This document shows positions 46,251 to 55,961 of a stretch of DNA of 64,000 nucleotides, in pieces. The DNA comes from Spirosoma sp. (GTDB lineage Bacteria; Bacteroidota; Bacteroidia; Cytophagales; Spirosomataceae), in the NCBI RefSeq assembly GCF_048594605.1, contig NZ_JBMDWV010000364.1, forward strand, positions 5,916 through 69,915. The letters are read 5' to 3'. Below the pieces are notes generated by a model that had not been told where the DNA came from, ran no database searches, and worked only from the letters and a program-made list of their open reading frames with translations. Each line of letters starts with the position of its first letter. Position 1 is the stretch's first letter. The position numbers and the translations under genes were made by a program.

Positions 46251-49200
46251 ATGAAAGCCTTAACCATTAGAGTCAACGGCCACCAACTCAAAGATGAGGA
46301 GGTAGCTGCAAAAAACGAACAGACCGCAAACCTAACGCTTGACGAGGTCTACGTAATCGGCGCTGCCATGCGCGGAGAGCCCGAAAGCCGCCCGACAATC
46401 AAATTGGACGACACCAAAGTTGTGGAGTTTACCTATGATGACAACACGACCTGGATCGGCGATCATACGACGATCGAAGAGATTTTTCCGGGTACTCTGG
46501 CACAGGTACGTAGCGCCGAAGTGGGAGAGGATGTTGTCGATATTCCTACGGAGGTGGCTGTTAGCGAACCGGGCCGGAGTGGTGAACTGGTGAAGGTGGT
46601 ACTCAAAATGGTGAAAATTTTTACCAAGAAAAAGGTGCTGTCGCCACTGGTTCATAAACTGGCTGAAGACTTTGAGAAAAAGCAGTTGCAGGGACGATCG
46701 GGCCTGTATCGGTTCGCTTACACCGGCAGTAAATTTGAATTTACAGACACAAGAGACTTCCGCGGAAAATCGACATTCGAGCCAGACGGCAAATATATTC
46801 TGTTTCTACACGGTACGGCCTCGTCTACAACGGGATTTTCAGACGATCCTACCTCGCATAATACGGGTTCGTTTGGCGAACTGAAGGGCACTCAGTTATG
46901 GACTTACATAACGCAAACCTTCCCCAGCAACGTACTAGCCTTTGAACACGAAACGCTCACCAAAAGCCCGCTGGAAAATGTCCGTGACCTGGTTAATCTG
47001 CTACCGCAAAAAGCTACCCTAACTCTCGTCAGCCATTCACGCGGGGGATTGGTGGGCGACATCCTGAACCGCTACTGTGTCGAAGACCCGACGTTACGTG
47101 GTTTTTCGGCCAAGGAGAAGAACTATCTCAGCCGGCAGAAGCGACAGGACGAACTCAACCTGATTGAGGAGATTGATAAGGCGATTGTCGGGAAAACGAT
47201 TACCATCGAGAAGTTCATCCGGGTGGCCTGTACGGCCAGTGGTACTACGTTGGCATCGAGTCGGCTGGATATTTATTTTAACGTTATTTTTAATCTGATT
47301 GGTCTGGCAACGGCGCAGGCCGCCAATCCGGCCTATATGGCTTTCAAGGAGTTGGTTACGGCTCTGATTGAAAGCAAAAGCGACGCATCGGTACTACCGG
47401 GACTGGAGATGCAGAATCCGCAGTCGGTATTCAATCAGATGCTCAACAACGCCAATCCAGACGTACTGATTAATACGCCTTTAGTGGTCATATCGGGCGA
47501 TGCCAAACTAAGTAAGCGCTGGTCGGCTATTAAAGTAGTATTGGCGAATCTGTTCTTCTGGGGCGACAATGATTTCGTAGTCGATACGCGCTCGATGTAC
47601 AACGGGGCTAAACGGGCACCGGGCAAAGTACAATTCTTTTTTGATGAAGGGGCCGAGGTGAGCCACTTTAACTATTTTAAGAATGATACGACACGAAACG
47701 CGCTGTTTCAGGCCTTAAGTACGCCCGGCGGTAAGCCTATTCCTAGTTTTACAAAGCTGGAAATCAGGGATTTTACGAAAGAAGAAGTCCGTAATATCGA
47801 CCTCGGTTTACCGGGTGGCCGCGTATTCCGCGACAAGGTGTCCGGAAAGAAACCAATTGTAGTGCTGTTGCCTGGTATTATGGGCAGTACGCTAACGGTG
47901 AGTGACAATCTGGTCTGGATTAACTTCCTGAGTTTCATCAATGGCGGACTGACACATTTACTCTACAGTGATGATAATAACAAAAACGTTCGGGCTGACG
48001 CCCTGGTAGGGAGCTCATACAGGAAACTGACCGAATTTCTCGCTCGTGATTATGACGTAGTAACCTTCCCGTTCGATTGGCGAAAAGACATGGCCCTAAA
48101 CGCCGAAGCGCTGGACCGAAAACTGGCCGAGTTGATGGAGTTTCAGCAGCCGGTTAAGCTCATTGGGCATTCGATGGGTGGGGTATTGATTCGTGATTTT
48201 ATTATTAATCATCCCAAAACCTGGGAGAAACTGAATGCCAGTAGTAACTTCCGGTTGATTTTTCTAGGCTCGCCCCTGAAAGGTTCATTCCGCATCCCTT
48301 ACGTTCTTTTCGGGCTGGATTCGCTGATCAATACGCTGGATCTTATCGACATCAGCAACTCTCGGAAAGAGTTGCTGACGGTATTCTCTCAATTCCCTGG
48401 CATACTGAGTCTGTTACCGCTAACGACTGAAAAAGACAATAAACCCGATAGTGATAATGATTTTGCCAAAAGCAGCACCTGGGAGGATATGCGCGATGCT
48501 TATGGCGACGGAAAATGGCCCATACCCACGCAGGAGCTGTTAGTGAAATTCGCGGATTATCGGGGAAAAGCGCTGGAGTTTGACCAGGATGAAAACCAGA
48601 AAGAACCTCAGGAACGCGCCTACCGTAATGCGATCTATATCGCCGGACAATCGCGCCAAAACCAGCAGACCATAAGCGGATATCGGATCAACAGGACGGG
48701 TAAACGGCCTGCACTGGAATTCCTGGCTACGAAAGAAGGCGACGAGAGCGTAACCTGGGAGAGCGGCATTCCACAGGCGATTCTTAATCAGGATACTGTC
48801 TACTATTCCGACGTACCGCACGGCGAACTGGCCAACGATCCGAAGTTGTTTGGAGCCATTACAGACATTCTGGCTACAGGTGCCACTACTCAGCTTAAAC
48901 GAACCCGACCGGCGTTACGTAGTCTGGAGAAAGAATTTAAAGCTCGTGCCGTTTTCGACTTCGATACATCGCCGGACGGGGTTGAAAAAACGCTGATGGG
49001 GTTAGGTTCCGACAATCGGTTTTCGGCCAGTAACGTACCGATTAATGTATCAGTCAGTAACGGCGATCTGAAGTACGCGCTGTACCCGATTATGGCCGGA
49101 CATTTTGAAAAAGATGGTATTCTTTCCGCCGAAAAAGTGATTGACTTGGCGCTAAAAGGTGAATTGAGTCGTCGGCATCGGTTGGGGCAATATCCGGGCG

Positions 49201-51788
49201 CGTTTGGTACTAGCAAAACGGTCAGCTCCGGAAGCGCGACAGGGTTTCAGGGAGCAATTATTATTGGCCTGGGACAGCAGGGGTCGCTGACCGAATTCCG
49301 ACTTACCAGCGCCATCGAACACGGTGCTACCAACTATTTAGTCAATTTAAACAGCCGGTATGACAATCTTGGTAGCAAAGACCAGGTTTCGCAACGTATC
49401 GGAATATCGGCCCTACTGATCGGATCGGGCTACGGTGGGCTGCGCGTCGAAAATTCGATCCGGGCTATCATTCAGGGAGTGCAGAACGCCAACGCCAAAG
49501 TGCGGCAGGTGTATGCATCGCCTAAAGTTATAGACATTATCGAGTTTGTTGAACTCTACAAAGATAGGGCGCTGGCCTGCGTAAAAGCCATTGGGTCTAT
49601 CGAGAAAGAAGAAAGCCGGTCGCTTAATATTTTCAGGAGTGGCAACAAAATTAAGCAGCTTATCGGCTGGCGCGAACGGCTACCAGTTGATGACACAGCC
49701 GAGTGGTGGACCCGCATCACCGTAAGCCGACCTGCCAGCGAAGAGGGTAGTAAAGAACAACGGCGCAGTTTACAGTTTACGATCTCCACTGATGCCGCCC
49801 GCGTTGAAGAACGCCCACTCAAAACACTCAATGATACGCTCACCAACATGCTGGAAGAAATCTCCCGAAAAGGTGACTGGTCGGCGGAGCGGGCAAAAGC
49901 CATCTTTGAGCTGATGATCCCGAATGATTTTAAGGATCAGGTAAAACGTCAGAGCAATATTAACTGGATTCTGGATAAGTACACGGCGGCTTTTCCCTGG
50001 GAACTGTTGCAGGATAATGTAGCCAATGCACGCCCACTGAGCGTTAATGCGGGTATGATTCGTCAACTGGCTACAGGCGATTTTCGTATTAACATCAATC
50101 CCGTAGTCGAACGTACGGCTTTCGTGGTAGGCGACCCTGATCTGAAGAATCCGGCTATTCAGCTTAAAGCGGCTTTTGAAGAAGGTCAGAAAGTAGCCAG
50201 CTTATTCGGCACGCAGGATTTTCAGGTTACCTCGCTGCTGAAAGCAACGGCAGAGCAGATCATGCTCAACCTGTTCAGTAAAGATTACAAAGTGGTACAT
50301 CTGGCCGGACATGGGGTCTTTAACAGCGACCCAAATCAGCCGACAGGTATGCTCATCGGCCCGAACGCTTTTCTGACCCCATCGCACATCGACCAAATGA
50401 GCAATGTACCGGAACTCGTGTTTGTCAATTGCTGCTACTTAGGACAGAACGATGGAACTGCCGAACGCTTTAGCCGAAGCCGGTTTCGGCTGGCGGCCAA
50501 TATCGGTACACAATTGATCGAAATTGGCGTGAAAGCGGTGGTGGTGGCTGGCTGGGCGGTTAACGACAGTGCGGCCCTCGACTTTGCCGAACGATTTTAT
50601 GAGAGCCTGTTCGAGAATTACAATTTCGGCGAATCGATCAAGCGGGCACGCAAAGCTGTATTTGAGAAATACGGACTACGGAACAACACCTGGGGGGCGT
50701 ATCAGTGCTACGGAGATCCATTCTATAAACTCTCGAATGAAACTCGCAAAACAAAAGAAGCTTACAGTTTCATCATCCCGGAAGAGGCTGAAATTGAATT
50801 GAGTAATCTGCTACGACGAGTAGACGCAGGAGGCCATGACCCGGAAGCTGTTGGGCAAACAATGGATGCTATCGACAAAGCACTTCTTCAGGCAGGTATC
50901 AAAAGCGCGCGAACTACCGAACTGCAGGCTCTGCTTTATTGTGCCTTGAACAAGTACGAACAGGCCGTAGCGAAATTTGATGAGCTTTGGAAGGAAGAAC
51001 GGGCTTCCTTCTCTTTTTCGGCTACTGAAAAGTACTGCAATACAAAAGTTAAATGGTACGTATTACAGATAAAACAAAAGGGAAGCACTAACCCCGAATT
51101 TATCACTCAGGCCATTGCAGGCATTAGGAAGGCAGCCGAAGATCTGGAAGCACTGAACCAGTTTGGCGTAACGGCAGAGCGAACAAACATATTGGCCAGT
51201 ACGTATAAACGGCTGGGAATGATCATCCGTAACGAGTTAGACAAATCGGAAGGCGAAAGCGATAAACATAAAGCCAAAATCGATGAGAAGCAGAAAGCTT
51301 ACGCTGGCTCGGCTTTCTTTTATCGAACCGCCTATGAAATGCCCGACAACAAAGCGAAATTCTATCCTTTAGTCAACTGGCTGTCTATCGAGAATGCGCT
51401 GGTAATCGCTGGTAGTCGAGCCTGGGGAAAAGCGCCAAAAGGAGAAGATATAAAGTTGCCGACAACCGAAGAAGCTTATAAATACCTTGATGATGAACTG
51501 GGAAGTGTCCGCCAGAAATCGCAGGAAGAGAAAGAATACTGGGACTGGGTTGCTGTGGCAACGCTCCTGTTGTGCAAACGCCTGCTGGGCGACACGACGA
51601 TTACAGAAGATCAGATTCTGGCTGAATTTAAGAATGTCTGGCAAGTAGTAGGCACACAAGGACAGCATCAGGTCGAGATCGAGAATTTTGAATTCCTGAT
51701 GGATGCTCTGGGCATGGGAGGGAGCAAAGCTCAGGAGTCTTATGACGTAGTGAAACGGCTTAAAATGGCGCTGGAAGTACTGGTGTAG
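46251..51788 (+). CDS. Large CHAT (caspase-like) domain protein with two alpha/beta-hydrolase (lipase/LCAT-like) domains and a helical TPR-like C-terminus
   Basis: Hydrolase 1: FLHGTASS, SHSRGG (~47030), DNDFVV, SHFNY. Hydrolase 2: LPGIMGS, FDWRK, GHSMGG (~48165), GDESV, PHGEL. CHAT: FPWELL, HLAGHG (~50300), FVNCC (~50425), VAGWAVND, WGAYQCYGDP. Likely start ATG 46251. Confidence 0.88.
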   Translation: MKALTIRVNGHQLKDEEVAAKNEQTANLTLDEVYVIGAAMRGEPESRPTIKLDDTKVVEFTYDDNTTWIGDHTTIEEIFPGTLAQVRSAEVGEDVVDIPTEVAVSEPGRSGELVKVVLKMVKIFTKKKVLSPLVHKLAEDFEKKQLQGRSGLYRFAYTGSKFEFTDTRDFRGKSTFEPDGKYILFLHGTASSTTGFSDDPTSHNTGSFGELKGTQLWTYITQTFPSNVLAFEHETLTKSPLENVRDLVNLLPQKATLTLVSHSRGGLVGDILNRYCVEDPTLRGFSAKEKNYLSRQKRQDELNLIEEIDKAIVGKTITIEKFIRVACTASGTTLASSRLDIYFNVIFNLIGLATAQAANPAYMAFKELVTALIESKSDASVLPGLEMQNPQSVFNQMLNNANPDVLINTPLVVISGDAKLSKRWSAIKVVLANLFFWGDNDFVVDTRSMYNGAKRAPGKVQFFFDEGAEVSHFNYFKNDTTRNALFQALSTPGGKPIPSFTKLEIRDFTKEEVRNIDLGLPGGRVFRDKVSGKKPIVVLLPGIMGSTLTVSDNLVWINFLSFINGGLTHLLYSDDNNKNVRADALVGSSYRKLTEFLARDYDVVTFPFDWRKDMALNAEALDRKLAELMEFQQPVKLIGHSMGGVLIRDFIINHPKTWEKLNASSNFRLIFLGSPLKGSFRIPYVLFGLDSLINTLDLIDISNSRKELLTVFSQFPGILSLLPLTTEKDNKPDSDNDFAKSSTWEDMRDAYGDGKWPIPTQELLVKFADYRGKALEFDQDENQKEPQERAYRNAIYIAGQSRQNQQTISGYRINRTGKRPALEFLATKEGDESVTWESGIPQAILNQDTVYYSDVPHGELANDPKLFGAITDILATGATTQLKRTRPALRSLEKEFKARAVFDFDTSPDGVEKTLMGLGSDNRFSASNVPINVSVSNGDLKYALYPIMAGHFEKDGILSAEKVIDLALKGELSRRHRLGQYPGAFGTSKTVSSGSATGFQGAIIIGLGQQGSLTEFRLTSAIEHGATNYLVNLNSRYDNLGSKDQVSQRIGISALLIGSGYGGLRVENSIRAIIQGVQNANAKVRQVYASPKVIDIIEFVELYKDRALACVKAIGSIEKEESRSLNIFRSGNKIKQLIGWRERLPVDDTAEWWTRITVSRPASEEGSKEQRRSLQFTISTDAARVEERPLKTLNDTLTNMLEEISRKGDWSAERAKAIFELMIPNDFKDQVKRQSNINWILDKYTAAFPWELLQDNVANARPLSVNAGMIRQLATGDFRININPVVERTAFVVGDPDLKNPAIQLKAAFEEGQKVASLFGTQDFQVTSLLKATAEQIMLNLFSKDYKVVHLAGHGVFNSDPNQPTGMLIGPNAFLTPSHIDQMSNVPELVFVNCCYLGQNDGTAERFSRSRFRLAANIGTQLIEIGVKAVVVAGWAVNDSAALDFAERFYESLFENYNFGESIKRARKAVFEKYGLRNNTWGAYQCYGDPFYKLSNETRKTKEAYSFIIPEEAEIELSNLLRRVDAGGHDPEAVGQTMDAIDKALLQAGIKSARTTELQALLYCALNKYEQAVAKFDELWKEERASFSFSATEKYCNTKVKWYVLQIKQKGSTNPEFITQAIAGIRKAAEDLEALNQFGVTAERTNILASTYKRLGMIIRNELDKSEGESDKHKAKIDEKQKAYAGSAFFYRTAYEMPDNKAKFYPLVNWLSIENALVIAGSRAWGKAPKGEDIKLPTTEEAYKYLDDELGSVRQKSQEEKEYWDWVAVATLLLCKRLLGDTTITEDQILAEFKNVWQVVGTQGQHQVEIENFEFLMDALGMGGSKAQESYDVVKRLKMALEVLV

Positions 51789-51890
51789 GGTCGACTTTGC
51801 AATACGACTCGTTATGCTTTTCAGCCTAATCAGAACGCGCTTAACAACCTGTTGATGAGCGAACCTTTGGAAAAGAAAAACTGGTTGATT

Positions 51891-52955
51891 TTATAGGGTT
51901 TTCAACACCTCGCCAGCCGCAGCTTTAATCTGTACCCAATCTTTTTCTATGTCAGCTTCGGAGAGGAAATAGAACGGTGCAAACGTAGCGCGGGTAATAC
52001 GGTTCAGGCCACGAAACGGTTGTCCCGCTTTCCACATAGCGTTGGCAAAGCGGCAAAACAACTGCTTCTCTTTCTGACTGATAGAGTCAGATGAAACAGC
52101 TTTCAGAAGAGTGGACGGCAGTTTATGTTGCGTTGTGACCAGATAGTTCAAACCGCATTCGAGCGCATAAAAACCTGCTACGTTGGTAGCTACTTTCTGT
52201 TCTTTAACGGATTTAGTTACGATTGCCTGCTCATCTTCGGAAGTAAGAAAAGGTGGAGCTGGTTTTTGCTGGGCAGCGTAATAGGCAGCCTCCTGAAAGC
52301 GGGCGATATCGGCGGCCAATTGCTCATCCTGCAACAGGCTCCGCAGTTTTCTAAATTGATCTTCGGCTGTATCGTTACGTACCGACTGCATCATAGTCAG
52401 TAACGTAGCAGCAGCTGCCCGAATCTGATCATAATCTTTCCTGGCTTCATCCTCCGGTAGTAAGCTGGCTATGCAGAAAATCGGACGTTTGATCCGCGCA
52501 AGCCCCCGGAAAGGCTGACTCGCTTTCCACGTAGCGTTAGCAAACCGGTTTAGCAACAAGACAGTTGTGGAGTCCGCTTTGTTGTCTACGAGGGTCTGCA
52601 AAAAGTCGGTTGGTTTCTGATTCGTTTGTGCACAAACGGCTCCGAGACCGCATTCCAGCGCGTAAAATCCTGCCAGATTCGTCGCTATTTTTTCATCTTT
52701 TAGCTTAACGTTTACAGTTGCCGTATCCTCGCCGGGCGATAATAAAGGCATGGGCGTTTCACCCACACCAACGTAATACGCTCTGTTCTGAGCCTCCGCT
52801 ATTTCATTAGCAAACGTTTCATTACGTAGTAACGAGTCGATAGTAGCGAGTTCTTTATCAATCTGTTGGGTTAGATTTTCTTCTTTTTGTTGCGTCATAC
52901 AAGACAAAGCTAGAGAGACAAGTAATAAATGCAGATACAGGTTACCCGATTTCAT
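51891..52955 (-). CDS. Hypothetical lipoprotein made of two tandem ~150-aa repeats
   Basis: Lipobox ALSC. ATN.AGFYALECG, FANA.WKA.QPFRGL.RI and KD..QI.AAA each occur twice. Confidence 0.85.
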   Translation of the reverse strand: MKSGNLYLHLLLVSLALSCMTQQKEENLTQQIDKELATIDSLLRNETFANEIAEAQNRAYYVGVGETPMPLLSPGEDTATVNVKLKDEKIATNLAGFYALECGLGAVCAQTNQKPTDFLQTLVDNKADSTTVLLLNRFANATWKASQPFRGLARIKRPIFCIASLLPEDEARKDYDQIRAAAATLLTMMQSVRNDTAEDQFRKLRSLLQDEQLAADIARFQEAAYYAAQQKPAPPFLTSEDEQAIVTKSVKEQKVATNVAGFYALECGLNYLVTTQHKLPSTLLKAVSSDSISQKEKQLFCRFANAMWKAGQPFRGLNRITRATFAPFYFLSEADIEKDWVQIKAAAGEVLKTL

Positions 52956-53065
52956 GTACGTTCGTTTCCAAACCGATTCATCAACTGCATCCTTCGTCTA
53001 GTCGATGCAGTGCGAACTTCCTGTAAATCAGCTAAAAATCAAAGGCGTCCCACGATTCGATAAAC

Positions 53066-53102
53066 AAAAAGCCCTCTGTCGAAAAAGACGGAAGGCTTTT
53101 TT
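53066..53102. terminator. Bidirectional-type intrinsic terminator
   Basis: AAAAAGCCCTCTGTC-gaaaaa-GACGGAAGGCTTTTTT. Confidence 0.7.
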
Positions 53103-53401
53103 GTATAAGAAAATTGATTAGCGAACGCGTATCCGATACGTACTGTGGCTAACCTATCCAATTACCGGGCCGCCTGTTTCAATGAAATGGTGCCGGAAAG
53201 GGCGGTTCGTTTTTACCAGATTCGTTCGCTCCGGCGAGCCGGTTCATTAGTATGGTGTGTTGTTTGTGGTTGATGGTACAAAGATGATCGATGCCTTCCC
53301 TTTCTGCTAATTACCCTTGCATGAATCGCATCGTTCGATGTATGAACCGTATGAAATGCTATCTGAAATGTTTCTGTTTTAATCGCGCAGCTACCCGTAA
53401 A

Positions 53402-54796
53402 TCAGCTCTCCTTAGGCTCTGGTCCGCGAAATGCGTCTTTTTTATCGACAGTGGCTAGCTTTATGGCTTTCCCTTCTTTTGCCGACTGGTAAATGGCTTC
53501 CATAATTTTCTGATCCTGGAGTCCTTCTTCTCCGGGTGTAAAAGGAATTTTGTTTTCCAGAATACACTCTGAAAAATGGTCCATTTCTGTGGCAAAATGA
53601 TCTTTCTGTTCAATTGTATGCTGAACGACCTGATTCTCTTTCCCCTGTGCCTGACTGGTTTCCAGCTTTAGGCCGGTGTATGGAAAAGCCGGGTCCATTT
53701 TGATCCAGCCTGTTTCAGCACAAACCCGATAACTTTTTTCGTCGTGGTGGCCATAGCTGGTTGCGCAACTTGCCTGAACACCACTCGGAAATTTCATGAG
53801 CCAGTTGACCTGCTCTTCCACTTCCTTAAACCGTGGGTCATCGGGCGTACTATGAACATAGCCTACTACTTCGGTGGGTTCTTCGCCCAGTACGTAGCGA
53901 ATTGTGTTCAGGCAGTATAAACCAACATCAGGCAAAGAACCTCCGCCAGCCAACGCTTTATTGAATCGCCAGTGTTTCGGATTGTCAGAATTCTGCCCGT
54001 TGTTGGCAATAATCGATTTTACTTTACCAAACTGCGCTTTCTGAACCATCTCGCGAACCATGCGATTGTGTGGCTCATACTGAATCCGGTAGGCAATCAT
54101 TAACTTACGATCCGCTTTTTTGCAGGCATCAATCATGGCCTCACATTCGGCAGCGGTGTTGGCCATTGGTTTTTCGCACAGAATATGTTTGCCTGCCTGT
54201 GCTCCGCGAATGGTATATTCGGCATGCATGCCGTTGGGCAACACAATGTAAATGGCCTGTACTTCCTTGTTATCTTTCAGCTTATCGTAATCGGCGTAGC
54301 TGTAACAGCTCTCTTTTTTTATACCATATTGCTCGGCTACCTTCTGCATTTTTTCGGAACTACCACTCACCAGCGCCACCACTTTCGATTTCTTGCAGGT
54401 TCCAAATGCGGGTAAAATCTGGTTAAGGGTTAAATGGCCTAATCCGACGAGTGCGTACCCAACGCGTTGATCTTCGGGCATGGGCGTAGGCGTATCACCT
54501 TCCTGTTGTTCCGTTTTGGCTTTAATCTGCTCTAGTTCGATTGGCTTTTGCTGATCGGCAGGTATTTCGGCCGGAGGTGACGTAGCGGGCAGTTTGGGTA
54601 CCGAGCCGCTGGGCGTGTTGACTGTAGATGCTGACGAAGAGGTTGTCTCCGGCTTCTTCTCGCAGCCAATTAGCGCACCTCCTACAGCGCCCACCGCTAA
54701 GCTACGCCCGGTAAACTGAAGGAAATCCTGACGCGATACGCGTGTAGTGGATGAATGATCGAGTAGGGAGTCGACAAAATGATGAATCGGTTTCAT
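53402..54796 (-). CDS. Gfo/Idh/MocA oxidoreductase (glucose-fructose oxidoreductase-like) with Tat-like leader
   Basis: SRQDFLQ leader, VGYALVGLG, YIVLPNGMH, HILCEKPMA and GGGSLPDVGLY. Confidence 0.93.
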   Translation of the reverse strand: MKPIHHFVDSLLDHSSTTRVSRQDFLQFTGRSLAVGAVGGALIGCEKKPETTSSSASTVNTPSGSVPKLPATSPPAEIPADQQKPIELEQIKAKTEQQEGDTPTPMPEDQRVGYALVGLGHLTLNQILPAFGTCKKSKVVALVSGSSEKMQKVAEQYGIKKESCYSYADYDKLKDNKEVQAIYIVLPNGMHAEYTIRGAQAGKHILCEKPMANTAAECEAMIDACKKADRKLMIAYRIQYEPHNRMVREMVQKAQFGKVKSIIANNGQNSDNPKHWRFNKALAGGGSLPDVGLYCLNTIRYVLGEEPTEVVGYVHSTPDDPRFKEVEEQVNWLMKFPSGVQASCATSYGHHDEKSYRVCAETGWIKMDPAFPYTGLKLETSQAQGKENQVVQHTIEQKDHFATEMDHFSECILENKIPFTPGEEGLQDQKIMEAIYQSAKEGKAIKLATVDKKDAFRGPEPKES

Positions 54797-54999
54797 AACG
54801 TAATGAGTTTACCTCAGCAACCGATTGTAAAAAGGAGTTGTTTGGAAGAATGAGCGAACCGCCGAATAGACAAACCCAACGGATAAATAGATTTATAATC
54901 AACGTAGTATAATGGCCGACTAAGGAGTTGTTACGTAGTAAAATCAGTTCCTGGCTGAACCGTTACGTAGCAGTTGACCAGGAACTGATTTTACTACGT

Positions 55000-55788
55000 T
55001 CACGCGTGTCTGGAAAGCCAGTCCAGAATATAATCGGCATCTTCTTTCCAGGTCGGCTGGCCCAGCACAAAGTGATTGCGCCCTTCAAATTCTTTATAAT
55101 CCAGCACTGAACCACTGTTTTTATAGGCCTCAAAATTTCGGTGATTCAGGTGCGCGGGTATAATGTTATCAATACTGCCTGATGTGAGCAGTAAGGGAGG
55201 GTGTGGTTTTTCAAAGTCTACATGAGCAGCACTGGTCAGGCCACCTCTGGCTACTCGTTTTGATTCCGGGATAGTGTTTTGTTCGTAAGTTTCTTTTTGA
55301 ACCTCCAGCGGCATTTCATTGACAAACGCATATTGCCAGTCTTCCAGCGACATCAAATAAGTTTTGTCCAAATCCGTAAATAGGCCAAGAGCTTTCCAGC
55401 CAGCTTTCAGAAACGAAAATTCATACGGAAAAACGCCTTGTGGTGGAACGGAGTGAATGGCAACTGCAGCAGCCGCTAAATCCCGATTCACGATAATTTG
55501 TGTAATTAAACCACCTAGCGAATGGCCAATGACAATCGGTTTTTCGGGAAAGCTTTTTACAATAGTTGCGTAATGATCGACCAGTTCGTCTAAAGTTAGT
55601 TTTGCTAAGTCGGTGTCATTAGGCTGGCGGGCTCGTAACTCCGCAGCCGTACCATCTTTATAAGGCCAGGGCGGAGCAATAGTGTTATATCCTTTACTCT
55701 GAAAATACGCTTGCCATTCATCCCAACTGCTGCTGGCGACAAACGCCCCCGTAACAAACACAACGTTTTTGTTCTTGGTAGCTTCCAT
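55000..55788 (-). CDS. Alpha/beta hydrolase
   Basis: IGHSLGG nucleophile elbow, DNIIP (Asp) and RNHFV (His). Confidence 0.9.
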   Translation of the reverse strand: MEATKNKNVVFVTGAFVASSSWDEWQAYFQSKGYNTIAPPWPYKDGTAAELRARQPNDTDLAKLTLDELVDHYATIVKSFPEKPIVIGHSLGGLITQIIVNRDLAAAAVAIHSVPPQGVFPYEFSFLKAGWKALGLFTDLDKTYLMSLEDWQYAFVNEMPLEVQKETYEQNTIPESKRVARGGLTSAAHVDFEKPHPPLLLTSGSIDNIIPAHLNHRNFEAYKNSGSVLDYKEFEGRNHFVLGQPTWKEDADYILDWLSRHA

Positions 55789-55928
55789 GATTACATTGTT
55801 TTTTGGTTAGTGAAAAGACGCGAAAGCAATGGACCTTGATTAGACTAGTAAATACCATACAGCTCTCTATCCACGGTTCTTTTTTGTTTTGAACAGGACA
55901 AAGGTGTATGGAAGAAAAGACAATAAAT

Positions 55929-55942
55929 TTAACCCAGGTTAA
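55929..55942. promoter_or_regulatory. Candidate operator of the adjacent Crp/Fnr-type regulator
   Basis: Near-palindrome TTAACCCAGGTTAA, 23 bp from a minus-strand CACCTTTG -7 element (55899-55906). Confidence 0.55.
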
Positions 55943-55961
55943 AATCGTAAAGCAATGATAC

